DNA of 31,225 nucleotides from Candidatus Fraserbacteria bacterium (GCA_037443265.1 JBBIOR010000001.1:85265-116489); one strand, 5' to 3'; shown: positions 9,228 to 18,815, counted from the stretch's first letter. The notes: generated from the letters alone by a model not told the origin. Numbers and translations: made by a program.

Positions 9228-9464
9228 ATGGCTCAAGTGGTCATCTACACGACCCCTACGTGCACCTACTGCAAATCTGCAAAGCAGTTCTTTGAGGAGA
9301 GCCAGATTGACTACGTCGAGTATAACGTAGCAGGGGACCCGGAGAAGGCCCAAGAGATGATTGAGAAATCCGGACAGACAGGTGTGCCTGTGATTGAGAT
9401 CGACGGCGAGATCATCATTGGGTTCGACAAGCGTCGCATCACAAAAGCGCTGGGACTCGACTAG
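9228..9464 (+). CDS. Glutaredoxin-like protein (NrdH/YruB type)
   Basis: MAQVVIYTTPTCTYC; SGQTGVPVIEIDGEIIIGFD. Start after the GGAAGG SD. Confidence 0.92.
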   Translation: MAQVVIYTTPTCTYCKSAKQFFEESQIDYVEYNVAGDPEKAQEMIEKSGQTGVPVIEIDGEIIIGFDKRRITKALGLD

Positions 9465-10372
9465 CGTAGCTTCAGCGTTCGAGCGAAGAACTCCCGCACC
9501 TCTTCGACATCGGCTCGAATTTGAGCCCGAAGTTCTGAGAGCGTCTCGAAGCGCCGATCTTCCCGCAGGCGCGCGAGGACTTCGACCTCTAGCTCTTCTC
9601 CATAGAGCTCTAATTCTTTGGGATGGGGTTGAAGGATATGGACCTCGACGGAGACCTCTTGGCCGCCCAGCGTCGGACGGCGGCCGATGTAGAGCGCGCC
9701 CTCTCTCTTCATATCTCTAAAGCAGACCCGCGCCGCATAGATCCCCTCCGCTGGAAGAAGCACTTCCGGGTCAACGGCGAGATTGGCCGTTGGGAAACCC
9801 AGGGCCTGGCCCTGCCGCCAGCCTGGAATCACCCGACCCCAAATCCTTGGGCAATCTCCCAGAAGCTTTTTGGCTCGCTCGACGTTTCCCACCTGGAGGG
9901 CCTCACGGATGGCCGTGCTGCTTATGATTTCTCCTTCGACGGTGACGGGCTCTTGGATCTGGACTGCAAATCCCAGCTCCTCTCCCAATGCGGTGAGCGT
10001 GGCGACGTTGCCTGCTCGATCTCTGCCAAAACAGAAATTCTTCCCCACAACGACGGCCGCGGCTCTTAAATCCTCAAGCAGAATCCGAACGACAAACTCC
10101 CGCGGCTTAAGCTTCTGGAGCTTTGGAAAATCGAGGATGACGACCGTATCGACATACTTTCGCAAAGCTTCAATTCTCTTCGCTTTTGGCATCAAGAGCC
10201 GCTTGGGACGCCCAAGATAATTCTGAGGCGGCTTGGGAAACGTAAGCACTACGCTCTTTAGCCCAAGCGCATGGGCCAGCTGGCGCGTCCTTAAAAGGAG
10301 AGCCTGGTGGCCCAGGTGCACTCCGTCGAACGTCCCGATCGTCACTGCCGTACGGGCTTCAGACGTCCCCAT
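9461..10372 (-). CDS. ribF: Bifunctional riboflavin kinase/FAD synthetase
   Basis: TIGTFDGVHLGHQ; VVVGKNFCFG; ISSTAIR; LGFPTANL; IGRRPT; VEVHIL; LREDRRF. Confidence 0.95.
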   Translation of the reverse strand: MGTSEARTAVTIGTFDGVHLGHQALLLRTRQLAHALGLKSVVLTFPKPPQNYLGRPKRLLMPKAKRIEALRKYVDTVVILDFPKLQKLKPREFVVRILLEDLRAAAVVVGKNFCFGRDRAGNVATLTALGEELGFAVQIQEPVTVEGEIISSTAIREALQVGNVERAKKLLGDCPRIWGRVIPGWRQGQALGFPTANLAVDPEVLLPAEGIYAARVCFRDMKREGALYIGRRPTLGGQEVSVEVHILQPHPKELELYGEELEVEVLARLREDRRFETLSELRAQIRADVEEVREFFARTLKLR

Positions 10373-11333
10373 GCCTTTCGGCTTCCTCCAGAGCGCGTTG
10401 CACTTCGGCCAGCACGCAGGCCTCGACTTCCTCCAGGGTCCCTGGGATGAGGCAGCCGGCCGCCTCCTTATGGCCGCCCCCTCCGAAGACCCGTGCCACC
10501 CGGCTGACGTCCAGCCCGTCTTTGGCCCTAAGACTCACCTTGATCTTGCCTGTCCCCAGCTCCTTGAAGAGCACGGCCACGCGGACCCCCTCGACCGCCC
10601 GTAGCTCCTCGGCCAAGCGCTCTGTGTCATCTAGATCGGCCCCCATCTGGTGGAAGATCTCTTGAGGGATCGAGCTCCAGATCACGCCGTCTTCCACTTG
10701 AGCGCTCAGGAACACATGGCCCATGAGCTTCATCTCTTGGACGCTTCTGCGCTCATAGAGATGGACGACGATCTCACGAACCCGCGCCCCATAGCTTACG
10801 AGCTCTGCGGCCACCCGCAACACAAAAGAGTCCACGTTGGCATTTCTAAAGGAGTCCGTGTCCGCCACGATGCCCGCGTATAGAAGGGTCGCCAGATCCG
10901 GCGTGATTTTTACGCCCAACTGTTGGGCCAGCTCATAGAGGATCATCGTAGTAGAAGCCGTAGGTTTCACCCAGTTGATCTGCCCAAATCGAGGGTTGTC
11001 CCCATGATGATCGATGTTGACAATCAGCGGGTGATCTTTAAGGATCTGAAAGAGTCCTTCGCCCACGCGGCTCAGCTGCCCACAGTCGACCACAAACCAA
11101 GCCTCCACGCCCTGCGAGCCTTCTTGGAGGGCACGAATGGCCTCTGCGCCCGGAAGGAATCTCAAATTGCCGGGGACCGGGTCGCGCATCACGGCCCAGG
11201 TCTCTTTGCCCAGGGCCTCCAGCAGGTGTTTTACAGCCAAGACGCTGCCGATGGCATCGGCCTCGGGGCCGAGATGGGAGGTGATCCCAAAGTGCTTATG
11301 CTCTCGAATGATGGAGATAATCTGCTCGATCAT
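10359..11333 (-). CDS. nrnA: DHH/DHHA1 bifunctional oligoribonuclease / pAp phosphatase
   Basis: [48 protein letters not shown]. Start refined to ATG 11333. Confidence 0.9.
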   Translation of the reverse strand: MIEQIISIIREHKHFGITSHLGPEADAIGSVLAVKHLLEALGKETWAVMRDPVPGNLRFLPGAEAIRALQEGSQGVEAWFVVDCGQLSRVGEGLFQILKDHPLIVNIDHHGDNPRFGQINWVKPTASTTMILYELAQQLGVKITPDLATLLYAGIVADTDSFRNANVDSFVLRVAAELVSYGARVREIVVHLYERRSVQEMKLMGHVFLSAQVEDGVIWSSIPQEIFHQMGADLDDTERLAEELRAVEGVRVAVLFKELGTGKIKVSLRAKDGLDVSRVARVFGGGGHKEAAGCLIPGTLEEVEACVLAEVQRALEEAERHGDV

Positions 11334-11394
11334 CGCGTGGCTCAGTATACCCCACAAGTTGCTCGATGGCGAGCCGCTTGTTAGAATCTGGCCA

Positions 11395-12438
11395 ATGGCC
11401 CGCGAATCGATCACCCGAGGCGAAGAGCGCGAAGAGGATCGAGTTATTCAATCCCTGCGCCCCCGAAGACTTTCAGATTTCATCGGCCAAGAGCGCATCA
11501 AAGAGCAGCTTCGGCTCTACATGGAGGCCGCTGCCCGCCGCGGCGAAGGGCTCGATCACATCCTGCTCCATGGGCCTCCGGGCCTGGGCAAGACGAGTCT
11601 AGCCCTCATAGTGGCCGCGGAGCTAGGTGTGAATATAAGACTCACTTCCGGTCCCGTGATCGAGCGCCCCGGAGATCTGGCCGCGCTCATCACCAGCCTC
11701 TCCGAGGGCGATGTGCTCTTCATCGATGAGATCCATAGACTGAGGCGCAACGTCGAAGAGCTGCTCTACCCCGCCATGGAGGACTTCACATTAGATATTC
11801 TGATTGGAGAGGGCCCAAATGCCCAATCGCTTAGGATTGACGTGCCGCGCTTTACGCTCATCGGGGCCACGACTCGTACGGGGCTCTTGACTTCGCCTCT
11901 AAGAGATCGCTTCGAAGTCGTCTTCCATCTCGACTTCTACAGCGAGGAGGAATTGCAAGAGATCGTGCGCCGAGGAGCGGCCATTCTGAACGTGGAGATC
12001 ACAGAAGACGGGGCATGGGAGATTGCGCGTCGGGCGCGGGGCACGCCCAGAGTGGCCCATCGGCTGCTCAAGCGCGTGCGCGACTATGCCCAAGTCAGGG
12101 GCCAAGGCCGCATCGATCAAAGGGTCGCCCGCGAGGCTTTAAGAGTGCTCGGGGTGGACGAAGTGGGCCTAGATGAGCTGGATCGCACCATCTTGAGCAC
12201 GATCATCGAGAAATTCTCCGGCGGCCCTGTAGGATTAGAGACGCTCTCGGCGGCCCTTAGCGAGGAGAAGGACACGATCTCGGAAGTCTATGAGCCATTT
12301 CTGCTCAAGAAGGGCTTCCTGCAACGCACGCCGCAGGGGCGCATCGCTACCGAGCGAGCCTATCAGCATTTGGGATTCAAGCCCCCGGCTCAGACTCTGA
12401 AACTCTTGCCCGAAGACGCCGAGACCAAAGAAGGCTAG
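11395..12438 (+). CDS. ruvB: Holliday junction branch migration helicase RuvB
   Basis: [63 protein letters not shown]. Start refined to ATG 11395, downstream of TTGCTC-17-TAGAAT. Confidence 0.97.
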   Translation: MARESITRGEEREEDRVIQSLRPRRLSDFIGQERIKEQLRLYMEAAARRGEGLDHILLHGPPGLGKTSLALIVAAELGVNIRLTSGPVIERPGDLAALITSLSEGDVLFIDEIHRLRRNVEELLYPAMEDFTLDILIGEGPNAQSLRIDVPRFTLIGATTRTGLLTSPLRDRFEVVFHLDFYSEEELQEIVRRGAAILNVEITEDGAWEIARRARGTPRVAHRLLKRVRDYAQVRGQGRIDQRVAREALRVLGVDEVGLDELDRTILSTIIEKFSGGPVGLETLSAALSEEKDTISEVYEPFLLKKGFLQRTPQGRIATERAYQHLGFKPPAQTLKLLPEDAETKEG

Positions 12439-12656
12439 CCCAAAGAGCCGGCTAAGAATTCTTCCACCAGCGCTTGGGCTCGCTCGTAGTCTCCTTCCGG
12501 CACGCAGACCCACGGGCAAGCATCATACACAGGGATGCCGCCCACGATGGCCTGCAGATGCTCCCCTTCCACCGTGGCCGGAATGCCATTGTCCTCCAAA
12601 AAACCTTTGAGGAGATACGCTTCCGGCACGCTCTGGGCAATGTGAACCCGCTTCAT
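12435..12656 (-). CDS. DUF2007-like small protein (putative signal-transducing protein)
   Basis: [21 protein letters not shown]...[14 protein letters not shown] pattern. Confidence 0.75.
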   Translation of the reverse strand: MKRVHIAQSVPEAYLLKGFLEDNGIPATVEGEHLQAIVGGIPVYDACPWVCVPEGDYERAQALVEEFLAGSLG

Positions 12657-12946
12657 CTCTTGCGCTGGCCTTTCGACTTCTTCGAGGAAGAGCCCTGCTC
12701 TTTGAGGAACTCTTCGACCTTCTTGGGATCGACGCCCTTAAGACGCTGGGCTAGCTTCTTCAACTCCGCGGGGGGCACTTCTTCATCCAGCCACTTCTCC
12801 AGCTCGTCGAGAGGCACGCGCCACTGGCTCCCAATCTTGACCCCCGGAAGCTCGCCGCTCTCGAGCATCTTCTGCACTTCTTCTAGGGGGATGCCCAGAT
12901 ACTGCGCGGCCGTCGCAGGCCTTAAGTAGCCGCCGATCCTTCTCAT
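12653..12946 (-). CDS. Excisionase-like helix-turn-helix DNA-binding protein (HTH_17)
   Basis: YLRPATAAQYLGI...MLESGELPGVKIGSQWRV. GAGGAGG SD; overlaps the next gene by 4 nt. Confidence 0.8.
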   Translation of the reverse strand: MRRIGGYLRPATAAQYLGIPLEEVQKMLESGELPGVKIGSQWRVPLDELEKWLDEEVPPAELKKLAQRLKGVDPKKVEEFLKEQGSSSKKSKGQRKR

Positions 12947-12958
12947 CGCTCACCCTCC

Positions 12959-13480
12959 TCAAGTTTTGCGCAATCTCCTCATGCCCTCAATGAACTCGCG
13001 CACCACGCCCGTGAAGCGCTCCCAGGCGAAGATGAGCGCCAGCAAGATCCACAAGATATACACATAGGCCGCCCAGGACTGCTCCTGATAGGCGATGATC
13101 AGCGGAAGCGCCGTCAAGGGGAACGCGAAGAGCTCTGTGACGGACTTCGAGCCGGAGGACCAGAGAATGAAGATGGCCGCCATGGCCGTGTAGGCCAGAG
13201 CTAAGAGGGGCGAGATGAAGCCGGCCAGCGTCAGATAGACAAACCCGGAGAAGACCATGATCATGTCCAGGAGAAAATCGTGCTCGCCCAGCCAAGTGTT
13301 CTCCTTGTTTGGGTCTTTGGCCTTGCGGGCCAGGTGCCCATCTAAAATATCGGTCGTCCAGCCGAAGATGGTGAGGAGAATCACGGCCGGCAGGGCTTTT
13401 TTGCCCTCCAGGCTCAGCAGGAGAATGAGGAGCGCCACCAGCGCCCGCGATGCGGTCAGAAGATCCGCCAGCTTCTTCAT
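12959..13480 (-). CDS. CDP-alcohol phosphatidyltransferase family membrane protein
   Basis: ADLLTASR; TDILDGHLAR...LGEHDFLLD (DxxDGxxAR...GxxDxxxD); hydrophobic helices; GGGAGGTG SD before ATG 13480. Confidence 0.82.
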   Translation of the reverse strand: MKKLADLLTASRALVALLILLLSLEGKKALPAVILLTIFGWTTDILDGHLARKAKDPNKENTWLGEHDFLLDMIMVFSGFVYLTLAGFISPLLALAYTAMAAIFILWSSGSKSVTELFAFPLTALPLIIAYQEQSWAAYVYILWILLALIFAWERFTGVVREFIEGMRRLRKT

Positions 13481-13510
13481 CTCTATACACCTCCCGCGTT
13501 GCACGACCGC

Positions 13511-13539
13511 ATGATAACTTTATCGTTCCAGCGAGTCAA
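13511..13539 (-). promoter_or_regulatory. Promoter for the CDP-alcohol PTase / HTH / DUF2007 cluster
   Basis: TTGACT-17 nt-TATCAT on the minus strand. Confidence 0.6.
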
Positions 13540-13548
13540 TTTTGGGGC

Positions 13549-16500
13549 TCATCTCCCGAAGGAGAGCGTCTGGTCCGTGGGCGAGTAGCTCACTTCGGCC
13601 GTGGGGAAGGCATTGATGCGCGCCTGGAGAAAGAGCTGATTCTGATTGACAAAAAGCCCGATCTGCCAGCAGGCCTGACAGAATTTCTTGATGATCCCCA
13701 CAGTCAGGGCCCTAAAGCGCCCCAGCCCCAAATCATATTCGCCGCCGAAGTCGAGCTCCCAGTCGCCTAAGCTCCAGTTCGATTGTAGATTCACCCGGCG
13801 CAAGGCCAATTGATTGGGATCGAAGCGCAAGCCGGCGCGCAAGGGCCCTCCCAGATCGAGCTTGGCAATGAGATCGTCAAAGCGCGCCTGCGTAAAATCA
13901 TAGCCGCCGCTTAGAGCCAGCTGCCAGCCTCCGCTTGAGGTGCTCCCCTGCATATTTGCTTTCAACAAGCTCGGCCGGTTCAGGTCGAAGGTGAGCCCCA
14001 GCGAAGTCTGCGCCATGCCCAGACGATAGGCCGCGTTCAGGCTCAGAGGATCGAAGCTGCCACGCGCAAAGTCGTAGCCCGTGCTCAGTTGAAGGCTCCC
14101 CAGCTGGCTCAAGTTCCAAGACGATCGCAGCGTCGCTCGATGGGCTGTGGTGAGCTCATCAAAGCGGAAAGGACTCCGCCCGCGCACGGCGCGATAGAGA
14201 TACTCCAGCGCGAGACTCAAGCCGCTTTGGGGACTCCAGCCCGCCTGTGCTGTGACATCCCACGACTCGCGGCGCGTGAACTCATACAGCGAAAGGCGGT
14301 AGCCCGAGCCGGCGCGCAGTTGTATGCCCATAAAGGGCGTGAGTGGCTCAAGGTTCATCTGAATTCGTCCATCGAAGCGCGAACTCTCTCGCGAAGAGCC
14401 ATCGAGGGCTTCTTCATGGTAGCGCCCCCAATCGAATCCTGTAGAGTAGCGAAGGGGCAGTCCCCCTATAGCCAGGGGCTTTTGAGCGAGAGACAGCTCC
14501 GGCAGCCGCTCCAGCACCCGATAGCTCAATCTTTTTAGAACCTCGGGATCGGGCTCCGGCCCCAAAAGATTCTGCTCCCGGCTCAGGCCCACCTGCCAGC
14601 TCCACTCCCCTTCCTCGCCGGAGAGCAGGAGCTGGGAGAGGAGTCTGGTGGCCTCGCGGGCCAGAAGCCCCGTGCGCAACCCCGCCGAAAGATCTAGCTG
14701 AGTCTTCTCATTGAGCTTCAGGGCCTCGGACCAGTCGAGCGCCAGGGATTCCTCACGGCCCACCAAGCGATAGAACGAGAAGCGACCTCCCCGCGAGCCC
14801 GGCAGAGCACGATAGAAGAGATCGAGTCCGCTGCCGACTTCGCCGTAGCGCGTGTAGTAATCCAGCAGCAGATACCCGAAATTCTGCTCATCGAGAAAGA
14901 GCGGGATGCGCCACTTGGCGAACCAGCCACGCTGCCCGTCACGCCCCAGCTCGGGGATGAAGGGATATTTCTGCTGGACGTCCGTAAGGGGCGCCAAATA
15001 CGCCGGGGCCCAGAAGAGGGGCGAGCCGAAGGCCCTAAGCGTGAGGTTGAAGGCCACCAGCACCTCATCGGGTCGAATGAAGAGTCTTTGGGCGCGGATC
15101 GAGTATGCCGCTTCTGGGATGGGTGCCTCGCAGGGGCACGTCGTGAAGTCGCCGTCTTTGACATCCAAAAGACTCACTTGATTCTTCTCGTTGAAAGATA
15201 GATGGGCCTCTCGGCCCCGATAGCGCAAGCGATGCCTCTCGCCCCGGGAATTTATAAAATCTGTCTCCCCTTGGAAGTCTTCGACCAGGGCGTCTTGAGC
15301 CTGCCACCCCCCCGGGGAATCTTGCCTCAAGCGCAGTCGAAGAAAGCTCGCTTGGGTCGTCTGCTTCTGAGCTGTTTGCTCCAGAGTGACGTAGGAGCGG
15401 GCTTCTACGTCCCAAGCCCGCTCTTCTCTATTCTTGAGCGAAAGACTCTCTGCTGAAAGTCGTCCACCGGCAAATTTAATCGACGCCGATTGCTCCAGCG
15501 TGATCTCCTCCAGCGTGATCGTCTCATCTTGCTGGATGATCAAGATCGCTTCCAGAAGGATGGCGCTACCCGAGATCTCTCGATGGGAGAAGCGGGCGCT
15601 CCTCGCTTCAATCCGCCAGCGATCAGCCTCCCCCCGAAAGAGCGTAAGCTGCTGAGCTTCAATCGTGCCCTCGCGATAGTACGCTTGTACGTGCCCTTCG
15701 GCCGTGATCGTCTTCCACCCCTCCGAGAGGGTCAGTATGTCAGCAGAGAGTTCAATGGGTACAGGCTCGCTCGCCGGCTGGGCAACGCCCGTCAGGGCCG
15801 CTCCCAAAGGGGCAAGCGCCGCTAGGGCCAGAGGCAGAAGGCGCTTCACACGTTCGACGAGATCTAGACGCCCCAAGCAATTGGCCTGCCAAAGGAGCAC
15901 GAGCCCCATGAGCCCGAAGAGGAGATTGGGCAGATGTACACCCAAGGCGGGAGGGAGATCGCCGCGCTTGCCCATGATCTCCGCCGTCCAGAAGAAGACT
16001 CCTTGATAGAGGAGCACCAAGAGCACGCTGAGAATGACTCCCAGCGCCCGGCCACGCGGGCCGATCAAAAGACTCAAAGGAGCCCCAAAGAGCGCAAAGA
16101 TGAAACTGGCCAGAGGAATGGCAATCTTCGCATGGTAGTCGACGATTAAGCTCTCGGCTGGCCGCCCTATACGCCGAAAAGTCTCGATGCGCTCGGCCAG
16201 CTCTCTTAGGCTCATCTCGCTGGGGCTGCGCTGCTCGAAGATCAATGTCCGAATCGTCTCGCCGACGTTGAGGTCCATCGTCTCGAAGCGGCTCTTGTAG
16301 GTGAGATTGCCTTGATCGTCGAAGGTGTGGATTATGCCTCTTCTCAATTGCCAGATCTGGCCGTCCCAGACGGCGCTCTCTGCGGCGATCACCTTGGGGA
16401 AGGTCCCACCATCTGGAAGATTCACCTGGCCGCTTTTGTCATAGATGAGCACACCTTCCAAAACGTTCTCTTTTTCATTGTAGTGGCGCACGTAAAAGAA

Positions 16501-16977
16501 ACGATTCTCGTCATCTTTGAAGAAGGCATTGTCTTGGATATGGGGCGTCGAACGGCTTCCATAGATCTGTTCGACATAGAGCCTCAAATATTGTCGATTG
16601 CCCCAGGGGGCAAGATCATCTCCGATCCAGAAATCTATGCCGCTTAAGAAGAGCCCGACGAGGAGCAAGGGCACAAGAAGACGTCTCAAAGAGATCCCGC
16701 TGGCTTGCAGCGCGATGATCTCCCGGTCGTGGCCGAGCCTTCCCAAGGCTAGAAAGATCGCAAAGAGCGTAGCCACAGGGAACGCCAGCACCAGCAGATT
16801 GGGCAACTGATAAAAGAGCATGAGCATGAGCGTGCTGGGGGGAATGATACGGTCCACCAGCAATTGTGAGAAGCGTCCGATCAAGAAGAGCAAGAAGAAG
16901 ATAAGAAAGCCTAGAATCGCCAGCACAAAGGGGATCGTCATCTCTTTAAGCAAATAGCGATCGGCGATCTTGAGCAT
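13549..16977 (-). CDS. Fusion protein: LptF/LptG (YjgP/Q) permease + OstA/LptA-like beta-jellyroll + LptD-like beta-barrel
   Basis: N-terminal MLKIADRYLLKE, LGRLGHDREIIALQASGISL, KIAIPLASFIFALFGAPL (LptF/G). Then PIELSADIL...ITAEGHV (OstA-like), FTTCPC...YSIRAQRLFIRP...GSPLFWAP (LptD N-terminus), amphipathic beta strands and a C-terminal CQACW. Confidence 0.85.
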   Translation of the reverse strand: MLKIADRYLLKEMTIPFVLAILGFLIFFLLFLIGRFSQLLVDRIIPPSTLMLMLFYQLPNLLVLAFPVATLFAIFLALGRLGHDREIIALQASGISLRRLLVPLLLVGLFLSGIDFWIGDDLAPWGNRQYLRLYVEQIYGSRSTPHIQDNAFFKDDENRFFYVRHYNEKENVLEGVLIYDKSGQVNLPDGGTFPKVIAAESAVWDGQIWQLRRGIIHTFDDQGNLTYKSRFETMDLNVGETIRTLIFEQRSPSEMSLRELAERIETFRRIGRPAESLIVDYHAKIAIPLASFIFALFGAPLSLLIGPRGRALGVILSVLLVLLYQGVFFWTAEIMGKRGDLPPALGVHLPNLLFGLMGLVLLWQANCLGRLDLVERVKRLLPLALAALAPLGAALTGVAQPASEPVPIELSADILTLSEGWKTITAEGHVQAYYREGTIEAQQLTLFRGEADRWRIEARSARFSHREISGSAILLEAILIIQQDETITLEEITLEQSASIKFAGGRLSAESLSLKNREERAWDVEARSYVTLEQTAQKQTTQASFLRLRLRQDSPGGWQAQDALVEDFQGETDFINSRGERHRLRYRGREAHLSFNEKNQVSLLDVKDGDFTTCPCEAPIPEAAYSIRAQRLFIRPDEVLVAFNLTLRAFGSPLFWAPAYLAPLTDVQQKYPFIPELGRDGQRGWFAKWRIPLFLDEQNFGYLLLDYYTRYGEVGSGLDLFYRALPGSRGGRFSFYRLVGREESLALDWSEALKLNEKTQLDLSAGLRTGLLAREATRLLSQLLLSGEEGEWSWQVGLSREQNLLGPEPDPEVLKRLSYRVLERLPELSLAQKPLAIGGLPLRYSTGFDWGRYHEEALDGSSRESSRFDGRIQMNLEPLTPFMGIQLRAGSGYRLSLYEFTRRESWDVTAQAGWSPQSGLSLALEYLYRAVRGRSPFRFDELTTAHRATLRSSWNLSQLGSLQLSTGYDFARGSFDPLSLNAAYRLGMAQTSLGLTFDLNRPSLLKANMQGSTSSGGWQLALSGGYDFTQARFDDLIAKLDLGGPLRAGLRFDPNQLALRRVNLQSNWSLGDWELDFGGEYDLGLGRFRALTVGIIKKFCQACWQIGLFVNQNQLFLQARINAFPTAEVSYSPTDQTLSFGR

Positions 16978-17069
16978 GCCCTCATTCTAGGGGCAAAGTG
17001 GGCCTCGGCTCAACTAGATCTTCCGGCCGATTTCTGCTAGGGTAAAGACAGAGGAGGAGAATAACTCAG

Positions 17070-17762
17070 ATGACACGTGTAGCCAAACGGCAAGCCGGGC
17101 CGTTTCTCAGCTATACGCTCTTTAAAGCAGAGCTCGACTGGCGCCGGCTCCCGCCAAAAGAGCGCCAAAAGGGGCGTACAGAGTTTGCGGCCGCCATCGA
17201 GAGCTGCTCCTCGAAGATCCGCACGTACAGCTACAGCACGGTGGGACTAAAAGCCCAGGGCGAACTGTTACTTTGGCAGATCAGCTCTTCTCTTGAAGCT
17301 CTGCAAGAATCAGCCGCCCAGCTGCTACAGACGGGGCTGGGGCGCTATCTTGAGATCCGCTATTCGCTCTTAGGGCTCGTGCGCCCCTCCCACTATGTGA
17401 AGCGCCCATCGATCCAAGAGCAGGCACTCTCACAGCCCAAGCGTCTGAAATACTTGATCGTCTATCCCTTCACGAAGACGACCGACTGGTACCTCATGAG
17501 CCAGGAAGCCCGTCAAGGGATGATGAACGAACATATCCGCGTGGGGCATCAATTCCCCTCCGTACGCCAAGTGCTAGCCTATTCTTTTGGCCTCGACGAT
17601 CAGGAATTCGTGGTGACGTATGAGACAGATTCTTTGGAAGATTTTCAGGATCTCGTGATGGCGTTGCGCGACACCGAGGCTCGGCGATTCACCCAGCGCG
17701 ATACCCCGATCCTTGTAGCCATCCATCGGCCTTTGGCTGAAGCCTTACAGCTTTTGGGCTGA
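17070..17762 (+). CDS. chdC: Chlorite-dismutase-fold protein, probably coproheme decarboxylase (ChdC/HemQ)
   Basis: YPFTK matches the ChdC Y-P-M/F-x-K/R motif; DWYLM; proximal His in MMNEHIRVG; SFGLDDQEFVV. Gln rather than Arg at the apparent distal position; hemE/hemH/hemL nearby. Confidence 0.8.
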   Translation: MTRVAKRQAGPFLSYTLFKAELDWRRLPPKERQKGRTEFAAAIESCSSKIRTYSYSTVGLKAQGELLLWQISSSLEALQESAAQLLQTGLGRYLEIRYSLLGLVRPSHYVKRPSIQEQALSQPKRLKYLIVYPFTKTTDWYLMSQEARQGMMNEHIRVGHQFPSVRQVLAYSFGLDDQEFVVTYETDSLEDFQDLVMALRDTEARRFTQRDTPILVAIHRPLAEALQLLG

Positions 17763-17769
17763 GTCTAAA

Positions 17770-18777
17770 TCAAGTGAGCAGAGCCTGAGCCGCCCGCTCG
17801 AGAGCCCCCACCCAGATGTCCAGCTCTTCCTCATGCAGCATCTTGAGAAGCACTTCCAGTTCCAGCCACGGATTGAAGACCCCTTCAATGGCACCTGTGG
17901 TGGGATGAAGCCACAGGATATCCGCGTAGTCGGGTTTGCGCTTGCGTTCCGCGGCACGGACCTTCCTATAGCGCGCTTCTCGATCCGCATCAGAGAAGAG
18001 CTGCTGGGACAACGCCCCCAAGAAGCGCTTTAGCCGCTCCTGATTTCTGACTCGTACTTCCTTCAAAGACCTTCTGGGATGCAGAAGATGGAGCAACTCC
18101 AGTTTCCGAAGCTGCGGCACATCCCAGGGATGCAGCAAGGCGAACCCTTGAGCCAGGCCTTCGGCCGCTTGGATGCGCCTCTTCCACCAGGCAGGCAGCT
18201 CGGGCCGCAGTTTCTCCTCCCAGGCCTGCACCTCCAGCCAGGCGACTCTTTCCGGCAGGCCATCTAACAGCGAGGTCGCCTTCTGGGGAGTGAGACCTAG
18301 CCGGACGACGACTTTTACTCCCAACGCGGCCAACGGCAGATGCGGCGTGACGCTATCTCCCTGTAACACGAGATCCGGGCGCAGGATGACCCGCTCCCAA
18401 GGCACAATCACGCAGAGAAGCGCCCAGTTCTCCATGCCTTGCTCCCACGTCACGCCGCTGCGGATGTAAAACTCCTTAAGGGCCCCCAGCGGGGAGAGCA
18501 AGAAGTTGCCCGCGATCCCAAAGCGGGGAGAGAAGAGTACGGATGGGAACCCTACGCGATAAGGGGCTCCCATCAGACCGCGATACGACCTCGTCCAGGG
18601 ACGCCCATCGAGGGAGACGAGTTTCCAGACGAGCCCGTAGCGACCGTCCAGCCGACAGGCGGGCCACTCTTCTTCCAGGCAGGCCGTGCACCAGTGGCTC
18701 TCATAGCGGGTCGAGGGAGCATCCGTGGACAGCAGGTGATGGGTGGGACCACCGCACCGCTCGCAGTTGCCCGGCAT
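17770..18777 (-). CDS. Hypothetical protein with N-terminal CxxC...CxxC putative Zn ribbon
   Basis: 335-aa ORF filling the gap; GAGGTG SD before ATG 18777; CERC...CTAC; upstream TTGCTG-17-TATGAT promoter. Confidence 0.65.
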   Translation of the reverse strand: MPGNCERCGGPTHHLLSTDAPSTRYESHWCTACLEEEWPACRLDGRYGLVWKLVSLDGRPWTRSYRGLMGAPYRVGFPSVLFSPRFGIAGNFLLSPLGALKEFYIRSGVTWEQGMENWALLCVIVPWERVILRPDLVLQGDSVTPHLPLAALGVKVVVRLGLTPQKATSLLDGLPERVAWLEVQAWEEKLRPELPAWWKRRIQAAEGLAQGFALLHPWDVPQLRKLELLHLLHPRRSLKEVRVRNQERLKRFLGALSQQLFSDADREARYRKVRAAERKRKPDYADILWLHPTTGAIEGVFNPWLELEVLLKMLHEEELDIWVGALERAAQALLT

Positions 18778-18790
18778 GGCACACCTCAAT

Positions 18791-18815
18791 TCACGTCACG
18801 TCACGTCACGTCACG
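18791..18815. repeat. Perfect pentanucleotide tandem repeat (TCACG)x5
   Basis: tcacg tcacg tcacg tcacg tcacg read directly. Confidence 0.95.

Noticed and set aside
11137..11414. Long N-terminal extensions making ruvB and nrnA overlap head-to-head
   Set aside because: Family homology starts at ATG 11395 and 11333, and divergent -10 boxes sit in the gap between them.
12653..12946. Prophage or ICE suggested by the excisionase-like HTH
   Set aside because: No integrase, att-like repeats, tRNA or composition shift nearby.
17070..17762. True chlorite dismutase (perchlorate respiration)
   Set aside because: No signal peptide, Gln instead of the catalytic distal Arg by manual alignment, ChdC YPFxK motif and heme-gene context.
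18791..18815. CRISPR array
   Set aside because: 5-bp unit without spacers; no cas genes or spaced repeats seen anywhere in the window.
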